A stretch of 64,000 nucleotides of DNA from contig CBDCXV010000002.1 in NCBI GenBank assembly GCA_965223905.1, positions 576,001 through 640,000 on the forward strand, given 5' to 3'. This stretch comes from Candidatus Latescibacterota bacterium (lineage in GTDB: Bacteria; Latescibacterota; UBA2968; UBA8231). Shown here piece after piece: positions 56,025 to 64,000 of the stretch. Position 1 is the first letter of the stretch. Every line of letters starts with the position of its first letter. The notes under the pieces are model-generated. The model did no database searches. It had not been told where the DNA came from and worked only from the letters and a program-made list of their open reading frames with translations. Both the position numbers and the translations under genes were made by a program.

Positions 56025-58232
56025 ATGAAACTGTCGGGGATAGGCACCTTGAAGAAGCTACCAAAGTGGTGGGTTGGGTCCTTGGCAGCAGTTCTCGGCC
56101 TTGCTCTGGCATCGGTCTCTTTCGCCCATCAGCCCGAAGGGGTCGTGTACCCGGTTTTTCAATGGCCTGAAGGGCAGGAGCCAGTTATCGATGGCGACCT
56201 ATGGGAATGGGATATGATCCCGGACGAGTACCGCATCTCGTCCTCCATTTGTCGAAGTTTCAACGGAGACTCCCCGGAGGCTTACGGGCTGGAATCCGAG
56301 ATCATCGTCAGTTGGAGCGAGTCCCAGAACAAGATCTACATCCTGGAAGTCCGGCAGGACGATGATTTCATCCTCGGGGACCCGGACACCTATGGCGACG
56401 CCATCGACATACAACTGGACGGCGATCACGGGGGCGAACTCATTTACTTCAGTCAAGATGAATACCCGGATGATGAAGAGCGAAGTCTCAACAAGGGCCG
56501 CCGGGCGCAATCCTACGTTCAGTTTCTTCCGGGCAGCACTCGGGGTCCGGAGGATACTTGGGCCTGGTTCTGGGTCAGCGAGTCTACCTGGTATGACCAG
56601 CCGGAATACATGGACATGGCCTATGTATTCGAAGGCCAACTGAGGGGGGAGGGCCTGCTGGTGACCGAGTCCAGTTGGACCTTGTGGGACGATTTTATCT
56701 GGAACGACCCGGACGCCTCCGTCCAAACCGATCTCGAAGAGGGCCACATCATCGGCCTGGGATGGATATACCATGATTTTAATGATGAGGGTGATAGGTC
56801 CGTGTTTTATTGCAGCGGGCCCGAGGCAGAGGATCAGTATAGAACTTCGGCCTCGATTTCGGACTTTCTTCTGGAACCGGCCTACCATTGGCCTGACTAC
56901 TCCATCCTCCTCCCCGACCCACCCCCCTGTCCTTGCCAGGAGGTGGACGACGATTCGGTTGTCATATGGGAATCTTGGAGGCGCTTCAAGGGGCCTTCAG
57001 ATGGAGTCAATTTCCTGTCGTTTTCACCGGATGGGCGCACCCTGGCCAGTAGCAGTTGGGACCGAACAGTTCGGCTTTGGGATGTCGACACGGGTACACC
57101 CCAGGCCACCCTGGAAGGCCATGGGGGTACGGTCTTAGAGGTGGCGTTTTCGCCGGATGGGGGCACCCTTGCCAGTGGGAGTATGGACGGCACGATTCGG
57201 CTGTGGAATGTGAGAACGGGCCAACTCGACACCAGCCTTTCAATTGATCCTGGGAGGGGTGTCTGGTCCGTGGCGTTTTCGCCGGATGGCGAAACGCTGG
57301 CCAGTGGAGGTAACGATGGCGAGGTTCATCTGTGGGATGTGGGAACGGGCCAACAAGTGACCAGCATTGGACATTCCATTTATTGCGGTTCCCTGGCGTT
57401 TTCGCCGGATGGCGAATCGCTGGCCTGTGGGGTATCATTCGGCGGGCTTAACCTTTTTGAAGTTGGGCCGGGGACACTGGGGTGGCCAAGCGCCTCGAAA
57501 GTGACTATTTCGCCGGATGGCGGTGCACCGAAGAGGACGGAGTTGCCGCCACAACCCTCCGGGGTCGGTACCGTTGCCTTTACTCCGGATGGCAGCAAGT
57601 TGGCCTGGGGGCTGCCCTTTGGCGGGACGACTCGGTTGTGGGATCTGGACAGGGACCAGGAGAGCACTCTTCGGGACAGGGGTTATGTGGCCTTCTCGCC
57701 GGATGGCCAAACCCTGGCGATTGCTGATGACTGGAACTCGGACACGATAATTCGCTTGTGGGATGCGGAAACCGGTCAACACAAGGCCACCCTGAAGGGG
57801 CCCCTGAATGATAGGACCCATTCGATAGCGTTTTCACCGGACGGGACTCTAGCCAGTGCGGGTAAAGGTGGCATCCTTTTGTGGGACATGTCGCCATTCA
57901 TAACGGATCATTCTGAAATAACGGTTGTATCTGCCGTGGGACCCGCGGTGCCTGTCGTCAGCGGCCTGGATGCGATTGCGCCCAATCCCTTCAACACCAC
58001 CACTCGGATTTCCTACCGCATGGCCACCCCCGGCCAGGTGCGTCTGGAGATCTACAATACCCTCGGCCAGCGGGTGCGCACGCTGGTAGACGAAGCCCGA
58101 CCCGCCGGCTCCTACCAGGTTCTCTGGGACGCCCGCGACCAGGAGGGCGCCGTAGTTTCGGCCGGGGTTTACCTCGCTCGCCTTCACTATCGCGACGGTG
58201 CGGAGACGCGGCGGCTGCTCTACCTCAAGTAG
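56025..58232 (+). CDS. Secreted CBM9/DOMON-like + WD40 + FlgD-Ig protein
   Basis: RBS AAGGAGG; N-domain paralogous to 25505; FSPDG repeats; PNPFN tail. Confidence 0.9.
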   Translation: MKLSGIGTLKKLPKWWVGSLAAVLGLALASVSFAHQPEGVVYPVFQWPEGQEPVIDGDLWEWDMIPDEYRISSSICRSFNGDSPEAYGLESEIIVSWSESQNKIYILEVRQDDDFILGDPDTYGDAIDIQLDGDHGGELIYFSQDEYPDDEERSLNKGRRAQSYVQFLPGSTRGPEDTWAWFWVSESTWYDQPEYMDMAYVFEGQLRGEGLLVTESSWTLWDDFIWNDPDASVQTDLEEGHIIGLGWIYHDFNDEGDRSVFYCSGPEAEDQYRTSASISDFLLEPAYHWPDYSILLPDPPPCPCQEVDDDSVVIWESWRRFKGPSDGVNFLSFSPDGRTLASSSWDRTVRLWDVDTGTPQATLEGHGGTVLEVAFSPDGGTLASGSMDGTIRLWNVRTGQLDTSLSIDPGRGVWSVAFSPDGETLASGGNDGEVHLWDVGTGQQVTSIGHSIYCGSLAFSPDGESLACGVSFGGLNLFEVGPGTLGWPSASKVTISPDGGAPKRTELPPQPSGVGTVAFTPDGSKLAWGLPFGGTTRLWDLDRDQESTLRDRGYVAFSPDGQTLAIADDWNSDTIIRLWDAETGQHKATLKGPLNDRTHSIAFSPDGTLASAGKGGILLWDMSPFITDHSEITVVSAVGPAVPVVSGLDAIAPNPFNTTTRISYRMATPGQVRLEIYNTLGQRVRTLVDEARPAGSYQVLWDARDQEGAVVSAGVYLARLHYRDGAETRRLLYLK

Positions 58233-58487
58233 CCATTCCGGTGAGGTGGTGCACCTGATGGATAACCGATCGCACCCCAGAGGCCTCACTTGCCATTTTG
58301 CAGCAGCGTTCTTGAGTCCTTGGCCTACAGGGAGCCAGCCACGGTCAGCCGGACCCCGGGGGGATATACTGGACTGAGGAGAGAGACCTCGGCTGGATTC
58401 AGCGATCCGACCTTGACTCGAGGTGAAGCCGAACCGGATCGCATTGGAACCGATCCTGGGAAAAGATCTACTTCAGGCGGCGGCCCC

Positions 58488-60047
58488 ATGACCGGAACTC
58501 ACGACCCTGCCACCCCGCCCTCCGGCGAAACCCGGTCGCGCGGCCAGCGCATCGGCCTGTGGCTCGGCCCGCTGCTGTTCGCGCTCACCCTGCTGCTCGA
58601 CCTCGAGCCCGGCAGGCCGGAGATCACGCGCATGGCTGCGGTGGCCCTGCTCATGGCCGCCTGGTGGATCACCGACGCCTTTCCGCTCTTCGCGACCGCG
58701 CTGCTGCCTCTGCTCCTGTACCCCCTTCTCGGTATCGAGCAGACCCGGGCCACGGCCCCGATCTACTTCAACAGCACCATCGTCCTTTTCCTCGGCGGGT
58801 TCATGATCGCCCTGACCATGGAGAAGTGGGACGTCCACCGCCGCATCGCCCTGTGGGTCATCCGCTCGGTAGGCGGAGGACCGGCGCGGATCGTGCTGGG
58901 GTTCATGCTCGCCGCGGCCTTCCTGTCGATGTGGATCTCGAACACGGCCACGGCGATCATGATGATTCCGGTCGGCCTCGCGGTGATCCTGAGAATGGAG
59001 GAGCAGTTCGGGCGGGAGCGGACGCGCGCCTTCTCCGTGGCCGTCATGCTCGGGATCGCCTACGCCTGTTCCGCCGGGGGCATCGCCACCCTGGTGGGCA
59101 CGCCCCCGAACCTCTCCCTGGAGCGGATCTTCCAGATCACCTTTCCGGAGGCGCCGCACCTATCGTTCGGGGTGTGGTTCGTTATGGCCGCGCCCATCTC
59201 CGTGCTCATGCTCGCCTCCGCCTGGCTGCTGATCACGCAGGTCTTCTTCCGCATACCGGCCGAGGTCGCCGTCGACCGGGAGGTCCTCGAGTCGGAGGCC
59301 CGAAAGCTCGGCCCCGTCTCCTTCGAGGAGCGGGTAATCCTCGCGGTGTTCGCCGCCACCGCCCTGCTCTGGGTCTTCCGCGCGCCGATCGAGATCGGAG
59401 GGCTGACGATTCCCGGCTGGTCCGCCCTCCTGCCGTACGGCAACCTCATCGACGACGGCACCGTGGCGATCGCCATGGCCAGTCTCCTCTTCCTGGTGCC
59501 GGCCCGGTCTCCCGGGGCGAAGTCGCGGATGGTGATGGGGCCCGACGTGGTGCGCGGGCTGCCCTGGAACATCGTGCTGCTCTTCGGGGGAGGCTTCGCC
59601 CTCGCCCACGGCTTTCAGACCACCGGACTCGCCCGTTTCATCGGCGACGGCTTCAGCGGCCTCGGTTCGGTGCCGCCTTTGGTCCTCATCCTCGTCATCT
59701 GCCTGACGATCACCTTCCTCACGGAGCTCACCTCGAACACGGCAACCACCGAGATGGTGCTCCCCATCTTCGCGGCCGTCGCCGTGTCCGCCGGCGTTCA
59801 CCCGCTGCTGCTGATGATCCCGGCGACGCTGTCCGCCTCGTGCGCCTTCATGATGCCGGTGGCCACGCCCCCCAATGCCGTGGTCTTCGGCAGCGACCGC
59901 GTCAAGGTCTCGGAGATGGCGCGGGTCGGCATCTTCCTCAATTTTGTCGGCGCCGTCGTCATCACCCTGGTTTTCCGCGCCATGGGCCCGCTCCTGTTCG
60001 GCATCGAGCCCGGGGTGCTGCCGGAGTGGGCAGGGGCGGGAGGCTGA
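58488..60047 (+). CDS. SLC13/DASS family sodium-coupled anion symporter
   Basis: LSMWISNTAT, GTPPN, LTELTSNTAT, FMMPVATPPNA. Confidence 0.95.
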   Translation: MTGTHDPATPPSGETRSRGQRIGLWLGPLLFALTLLLDLEPGRPEITRMAAVALLMAAWWITDAFPLFATALLPLLLYPLLGIEQTRATAPIYFNSTIVLFLGGFMIALTMEKWDVHRRIALWVIRSVGGGPARIVLGFMLAAAFLSMWISNTATAIMMIPVGLAVILRMEEQFGRERTRAFSVAVMLGIAYACSAGGIATLVGTPPNLSLERIFQITFPEAPHLSFGVWFVMAAPISVLMLASAWLLITQVFFRIPAEVAVDREVLESEARKLGPVSFEERVILAVFAATALLWVFRAPIEIGGLTIPGWSALLPYGNLIDDGTVAIAMASLLFLVPARSPGAKSRMVMGPDVVRGLPWNIVLLFGGGFALAHGFQTTGLARFIGDGFSGLGSVPPLVLILVICLTITFLTELTSNTATTEMVLPIFAAVAVSAGVHPLLLMIPATLSASCAFMMPVATPPNAVVFGSDRVKVSEMARVGIFLNFVGAVVITLVFRAMGPLLFGIEPGVLPEWAGAGG

Positions 60048-60122
60048 GCCTTCGGCCGCGGTATCGCCGAGCCCGGGCTGCCGGCGCCGGGACAGCAACT
60101 CATCGCAACGAGGAGAGAACCC

Positions 60123-61298
60123 ATGATCGAGGGACCCCGCGCCTGCAGGCCGGAAGAGTTCGACGAGACCATCGCCCTGATCAACGCCACCTTCCGCCCC
60201 GACTCGGACCAGAACATCCGCACCGACTACCCCCTGATCTTCAACCAGCAGGGACTCCGCTACATGCGCATCCTCAAGGTCGCGGGGGAGGTGGTCGCCC
60301 ATGTCCCGGTGGCCCCGCGGCGGATCGTCGCAGGCGGCGACTCCTTCACCGCCGGCATCATCAGCCCCACCGTCACCCATCCCGGCCACCGCCACAAGGG
60401 GTACGCCACCCGCTGCCTGCGCGACTGCGTGCGCATCATGGAGGAGAGCGGCTGGCCCGTGTCGGTGCTGTGGACGCAGCACGCCACCTTCCCCTTCTAC
60501 CACCACTCCGGGTGGGAGGCGGTGGACAACCAGGGGTGGATGTATATCCTCGCGCCCGGCGACGCGGTGTTGTTCGACCGGAGGGACTTCGAGATCGTCC
60601 CCTTCGATCCGGCCCGCCCCGGGCACCTCGACGCCGTCATCCGCTTCCACGACGGGGAATCCTGCCGCGTCGCCCGCACCAGGGAGGAGTACGCCGCCCT
60701 GCTGACGCTGCCGAAGATCGATACGCGGGTTGCCCTGGCCGGCGCCGAGGTGGCCGGCTATCTGTGCGTGGGGTCGGGAAGGAACAAGCCGGGCCTGATC
60801 GAGGCGGGCGGAAGCCCCGGCGCGGTGGAAGCCCTGGTGGCGGAGGCGGCGAGGACCCACGGCCCGGTCCAGGCCATAACGAACCTGACCCCCTCAGTGC
60901 TGGACGACCTCCTCGCTGCCCATGTGGGATTTTCGCGGAAGCCGGTCGAGCATGCCGCCGGCGTCGGCCCCCAGATGATGCGGATCAACAGCCTGGGCCT
61001 GCTGCTGAGGAGCATCGAGAGCCACCTGCGCTCGAGGTCGGCCGGTCTCTCAGGCGCCGTGTCGCTGGAGTGCACGGACACCGGCGAGGTGGTCACCCTG
61101 GCCTTCCGCGACGGCGCGGTCCGGTTCGACTCGGGTCCGGCTTCCGACAGGGCGGTCCTGAACGCGCGGCAGATGGTGCAGCTGATCTTCGGGTCACATT
61201 CCTCCTGCGAGCCGCTGGATCTGCCCGCGGGCGCGGCCGACCTGTTGGGCAGGCTGTTTCCCTTCTATTTCCCGATCTGGGAGCTCGACCACTCGTAG
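60123..61298 (+). CDS. Eis-like GNAT acetyltransferase with C-terminal SCP2-like domain
   Basis: VTHPGHRHKGYA, FYHHSGWE, second GNAT-like domain, L..RQ.VQLIFG. Confidence 0.75.
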   Translation: MIEGPRACRPEEFDETIALINATFRPDSDQNIRTDYPLIFNQQGLRYMRILKVAGEVVAHVPVAPRRIVAGGDSFTAGIISPTVTHPGHRHKGYATRCLRDCVRIMEESGWPVSVLWTQHATFPFYHHSGWEAVDNQGWMYILAPGDAVLFDRRDFEIVPFDPARPGHLDAVIRFHDGESCRVARTREEYAALLTLPKIDTRVALAGAEVAGYLCVGSGRNKPGLIEAGGSPGAVEALVAEAARTHGPVQAITNLTPSVLDDLLAAHVGFSRKPVEHAAGVGPQMMRINSLGLLLRSIESHLRSRSAGLSGAVSLECTDTGEVVTLAFRDGAVRFDSGPASDRAVLNARQMVQLIFGSHSSCEPLDLPAGAADLLGRLFPFYFPIWELDHS

Positions 61299-61567
61299 CG
61301 TCCGGCCCGCAGAATCCTGTCGCCATGACTGTATCGAACGAGGCAAGGAAGCTCGACTGAGACCAAAGCCGCCCGCATCCGTGGTTGCTGCCGCCGAAGG
61401 GCTCAACCGCAAAATCCAACTGTTCGGCGAACACCGGGGAACACATGACCGATGGACACGTCGTAGATTAATAAGCTCCGAGGGTTGAAAATCGCGGAAG
61501 TTGAAATGCAGTTCGCCGGCAGCGCGCGCGCTGCCCTTTCCCTTCAACAAGAACCAGGAGGTTCTTC

Positions 61568-62206
61568 ATGCGCCGGATCCTGTCATCACTCGTGTTCCTC
61601 TGCCTTCTCGTCCTACCCCTCTCCGCCCAGGAGGAAGCCCTCCACGGCACCTGGGAGGGGAGCTTCGTGGACGAGGAAGGCAACGCGATCACCATGCGCC
61701 TGTCCTTTGAGGAGGATGGCGCCTTCGAGCTCAACCAGGTCGTCGAGCTGGGAGAAGACTTCCAGTCCGTTGTCGGAGCCACGGAAATACCCGTGGAGGA
61801 GATCACCGCCCAGGGCATCGGCACCTACGAGGTCGACGGCGACAAGCTCTCCGTCGATATCACCGAGGTGGAAATGCTCGTCGGCGACCGGGACTTCTTC
61901 GAGGTCCTCGCCGAGGTCGCCCGCGCCCTGGCCCGTTTTGCCGCGGACTTTGCCGGAGTCTCCGAAGAGGACTACCCGGCCTTCGAGCAGAACTTCGTCG
62001 ACGAGTTCCTCGCCGGAATGGACGAGGACGAGTTCCTTGCCGGATTCGAGGAGGAGGTCACCTACGCCATCGAGGGTGACACCCTGTTCATCACGTCTCC
62101 CACGGAGGACGGGGGAGAAGAAACCTCGGAATACCAGCGCGTCGACGTCGGCACTGCCGTGGCCGGGACGACCTGGGGCGGTCTGAAAGCGAATTGGCGT
62201 CCGTGA
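61568..62206 (+). CDS. Acidic secreted protein with C-terminal WGxLK tail
   Basis: RBS AGGAGG; signal peptide; LHGTW; ends TAVAGTTWGGLKANWRP. Confidence 0.8.
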   Translation: MRRILSSLVFLCLLVLPLSAQEEALHGTWEGSFVDEEGNAITMRLSFEEDGAFELNQVVELGEDFQSVVGATEIPVEEITAQGIGTYEVDGDKLSVDITEVEMLVGDRDFFEVLAEVARALARFAADFAGVSEEDYPAFEQNFVDEFLAGMDEDEFLAGFEEEVTYAIEGDTLFITSPTEDGGEETSEYQRVDVGTAVAGTTWGGLKANWRP

Positions 62207-62260
62207 GCATGCGCCTCTCTCCGCCGGATTGATCCGGGACCTCCCCTCGCGATCGCTTCA

Positions 62261-62298
62261 GCCGGTACTGGCCCCCCGGGCCGGTACCGGCATTTTTT
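62261..62298 (+). terminator. Rho-independent terminator
   Basis: GCCGGTACTGGCCC/GGGCCGGTACCGGC hairpin followed by a T run. Confidence 0.75.
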
Positions 62299-62621
62299 CT
62301 GCGTTCTTCTTCAGAAACAGATACGCAGACGCACGGCTCCCCTCATGCCGTTGTGACCGAACCGATGGTCGGGGTTGGGAACCACCTGCGTTGGAAACGA
62401 AGCTCCGGTTTTCCTCCGGCTCCGCCATGGTCCCCAACCGCTCAAATCGCCCCGGTCGGATGGGAAGAGCCATCTCCTGCTCTCGCTCAGGCACCCTGCG
62501 AGCCGGACGCTTCGGCGAAAACGCGGTTTGTCCTCGCCCTCGTCCGTGCGCTTACTTACGCGCGCAGGACGCTGGCTGGCGACATGGAATCCGGGATGAC
62601 TACGGCAAGGAGATGGTCGCA

Positions 62622-63024
62622 ATGGCAACTGACGGACAGGAGACCGACGGGACTGCTGCATGGACCATCGGCAATGCAGGAGACTTGACGATGGAAGGAC
62701 GGCGAGAGGGAGGGACCTTGGTGGCGGAACTCGCTGGCCGCGTCGACGGGAGCCAACGCCCTTGAATTCCAGGATGCCCTGGAAAGCGTCCTCGACAAGG
62801 ACGTAACCGCCCTGGTCCTGGACCTGGAGCGCCTTTCCTACATCAGCAGCGCCGGTCTCAGGGTCATGCTGTTTGCCTCAAAGACACTTCTGGAAAAAGA
62901 TGGGAAGTTTGCCGCGTGCTCCTTGGCGGATTCAATCGCTGCGGTGTTCAAGATAAGCGGCTTTGACCGGATCATTCCTGTTTTCGCCACCCGGTCCGAG
63001 GCGCTGACGGCGCTCAGCGAGTGA
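62622..63024 (+). pseudogene. STAS anti-sigma-factor antagonist with a +1 frameshift at ~62748-62750 (possible sequencing error)
   Basis: LAGRVDG in one frame; ANALEFQ...YISSAGLRV...VFKISGFDRII in the next. Confidence 0.8.
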
Positions 63025-63096
63025 CTTGGGGCTGCGCCGCAGGGTCGAGCCACGCAGGGAATTTCCCAAAGTCCGATCGAACCGAACAGGTGAACC

Positions 63097-64000
63097 ATGG
63101 TCAAAATGACCGGGGGCGAAGCCTTGGTGAAGTCGCTGGTAAACGAAGGCGTCGAGGTCGTATTCGGGATCCCGGGCATCCATGTGTCGGGGGTCGTCGT
63201 CGCCATGCGCGAGGAAGCGGGCATCCGCATGATCACGACCCGCCACGAACTGGGAGCGGCGCACATGGCCGACGGCTATGCCCGCGTGTCGGGGAAACCG
63301 GGAGTGGCCCTGGTGGTCCCGGGCGCGGGCGTTTACAACGCCGCCGCGGGCGTGGCCACTGCCTACGCCCGATCCTCGCCCGTGCTCCTCATTGCCGGCC
63401 AGATCCCCCGCGGCCAGATCGGCCAGGACCTCGGGGCCATCCATGAAGTTGCGAACCAGGCCGAAGTGCTGCGCCCGGTGACCAAGTGGCGGCGGCAGGC
63501 GCTCAGGCCGAGGGAAATCCCGAATGCCGTGTCCGAAGCGTTCCGGCAGATGCGCAGCGGACGCCCCCGTCCCGTTCTCATCGAGATTCCGCCCGAGGCC
63601 GGCGTCGAGCAGGAGGAGGTTCAGCTGCGGAATCCGGCCCCGGTATCGCGAATCGTGCCGAGCCCGGAACAACTGCGGGAGGTTGCCGGCGTCATTGCCC
63701 GATCCCGGCTCCCCCTGATATTCGCCGGCGGCGGTGTGGTGCGATCGGGCGCGGAACAAGCCCTTGTTGAATTGGCGGAAGCGACAAACATCCCCGTGGT
63801 CACCTCAGGCGGAGGCAAGGGGGCCATTCCCGACAGCCATCCGCTCTGTTACGGCTCGTGTCTCAGCCCCGCAGGAGAGAGATACGAGATGAACCAGCTT
63901 TTTGAAGTGATGCAGTCCGCCGACGTCACGATAGGAATCGGGTCCCGTTTTTCGCTGGGCAATCCCGCGGGCGAGCCATGCACGTTGGTCAACATCAACA
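63097..64000 (+). CDS. Thiamine-pyrophosphate-binding enzyme (acetolactate synthase-like), partial
   Basis: MTGGEA, VFGIPG, RHE.GAAHMADGYAR.SG, GRPRPV.IEIP, GKGAIP. Confidence 0.92.
   Translation, partial: MVKMTGGEALVKSLVNEGVEVVFGIPGIHVSGVVVAMREEAGIRMITTRHELGAAHMADGYARVSGKPGVALVVPGAGVYNAAAGVATAYARSSPVLLIAGQIPRGQIGQDLGAIHEVANQAEVLRPVTKWRRQALRPREIPNAVSEAFRQMRSGRPRPVLIEIPPEAGVEQEEVQLRNPAPVSRIVPSPEQLREVAGVIARSRLPLIFAGGGVVRSGAEQALVELAEATNIPVVTSGGGKGAIPDSHPLCYGSCLSPAGERYEMNQLFEVMQSADVTIGIGSRFSLGNPAGEPCTLVNIN

Noticed and set aside
61481-61510. GTTGAAA twice, resembling a CRISPR repeat end
   Set aside because: Only two short copies ~17 bp apart; no spacers or cas genes

Overview
GC-rich bacterial window with no rRNA, tRNA or CRISPR array. 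The gene content (sulfatases, PhyH/TauD dioxygenases, BNR/sialidase-like propellers, ankyrin/WD40/Fn3/cadherin proteins, FlgD-Ig tails, 'WGxxK' tails, VapBC pairs) suggests, by inference only, an FCB/Latescibacterota-like organism, possibly a sponge symbiont. Catabolic and transport genes flank a ~22 kb accessory locus (19.3-41 kb) of modular exported proteins. Two giant proteins put unrelated heads (M6 metalloprotease; AT-richer Vps62/NPP1-like domain) on near-identical Fn3/Ig/Calx-beta stalks, and the second is split by a C9 tract. The locus also holds four paralogs of a glycine-rich hairpin family with a conserved C-terminal beta-strand, shared signal-peptide DNA, two copies of a sigma54 promoter module and a complete ISL3 element. 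Exported proteins carry one of two C-terminal tags (FlgD-Ig or a short W-G-x-[IL]-K tail), and one gene appears to have switched between them. Also present are a truncated-globin-ankyrin fusion next to a TauD dioxygenase, a KanJ-like dioxygenase paired with a deacetylase, and many gene remnants. Some single-base frameshifts may be sequencing errors. All family calls come from motif recognition, not database searches.
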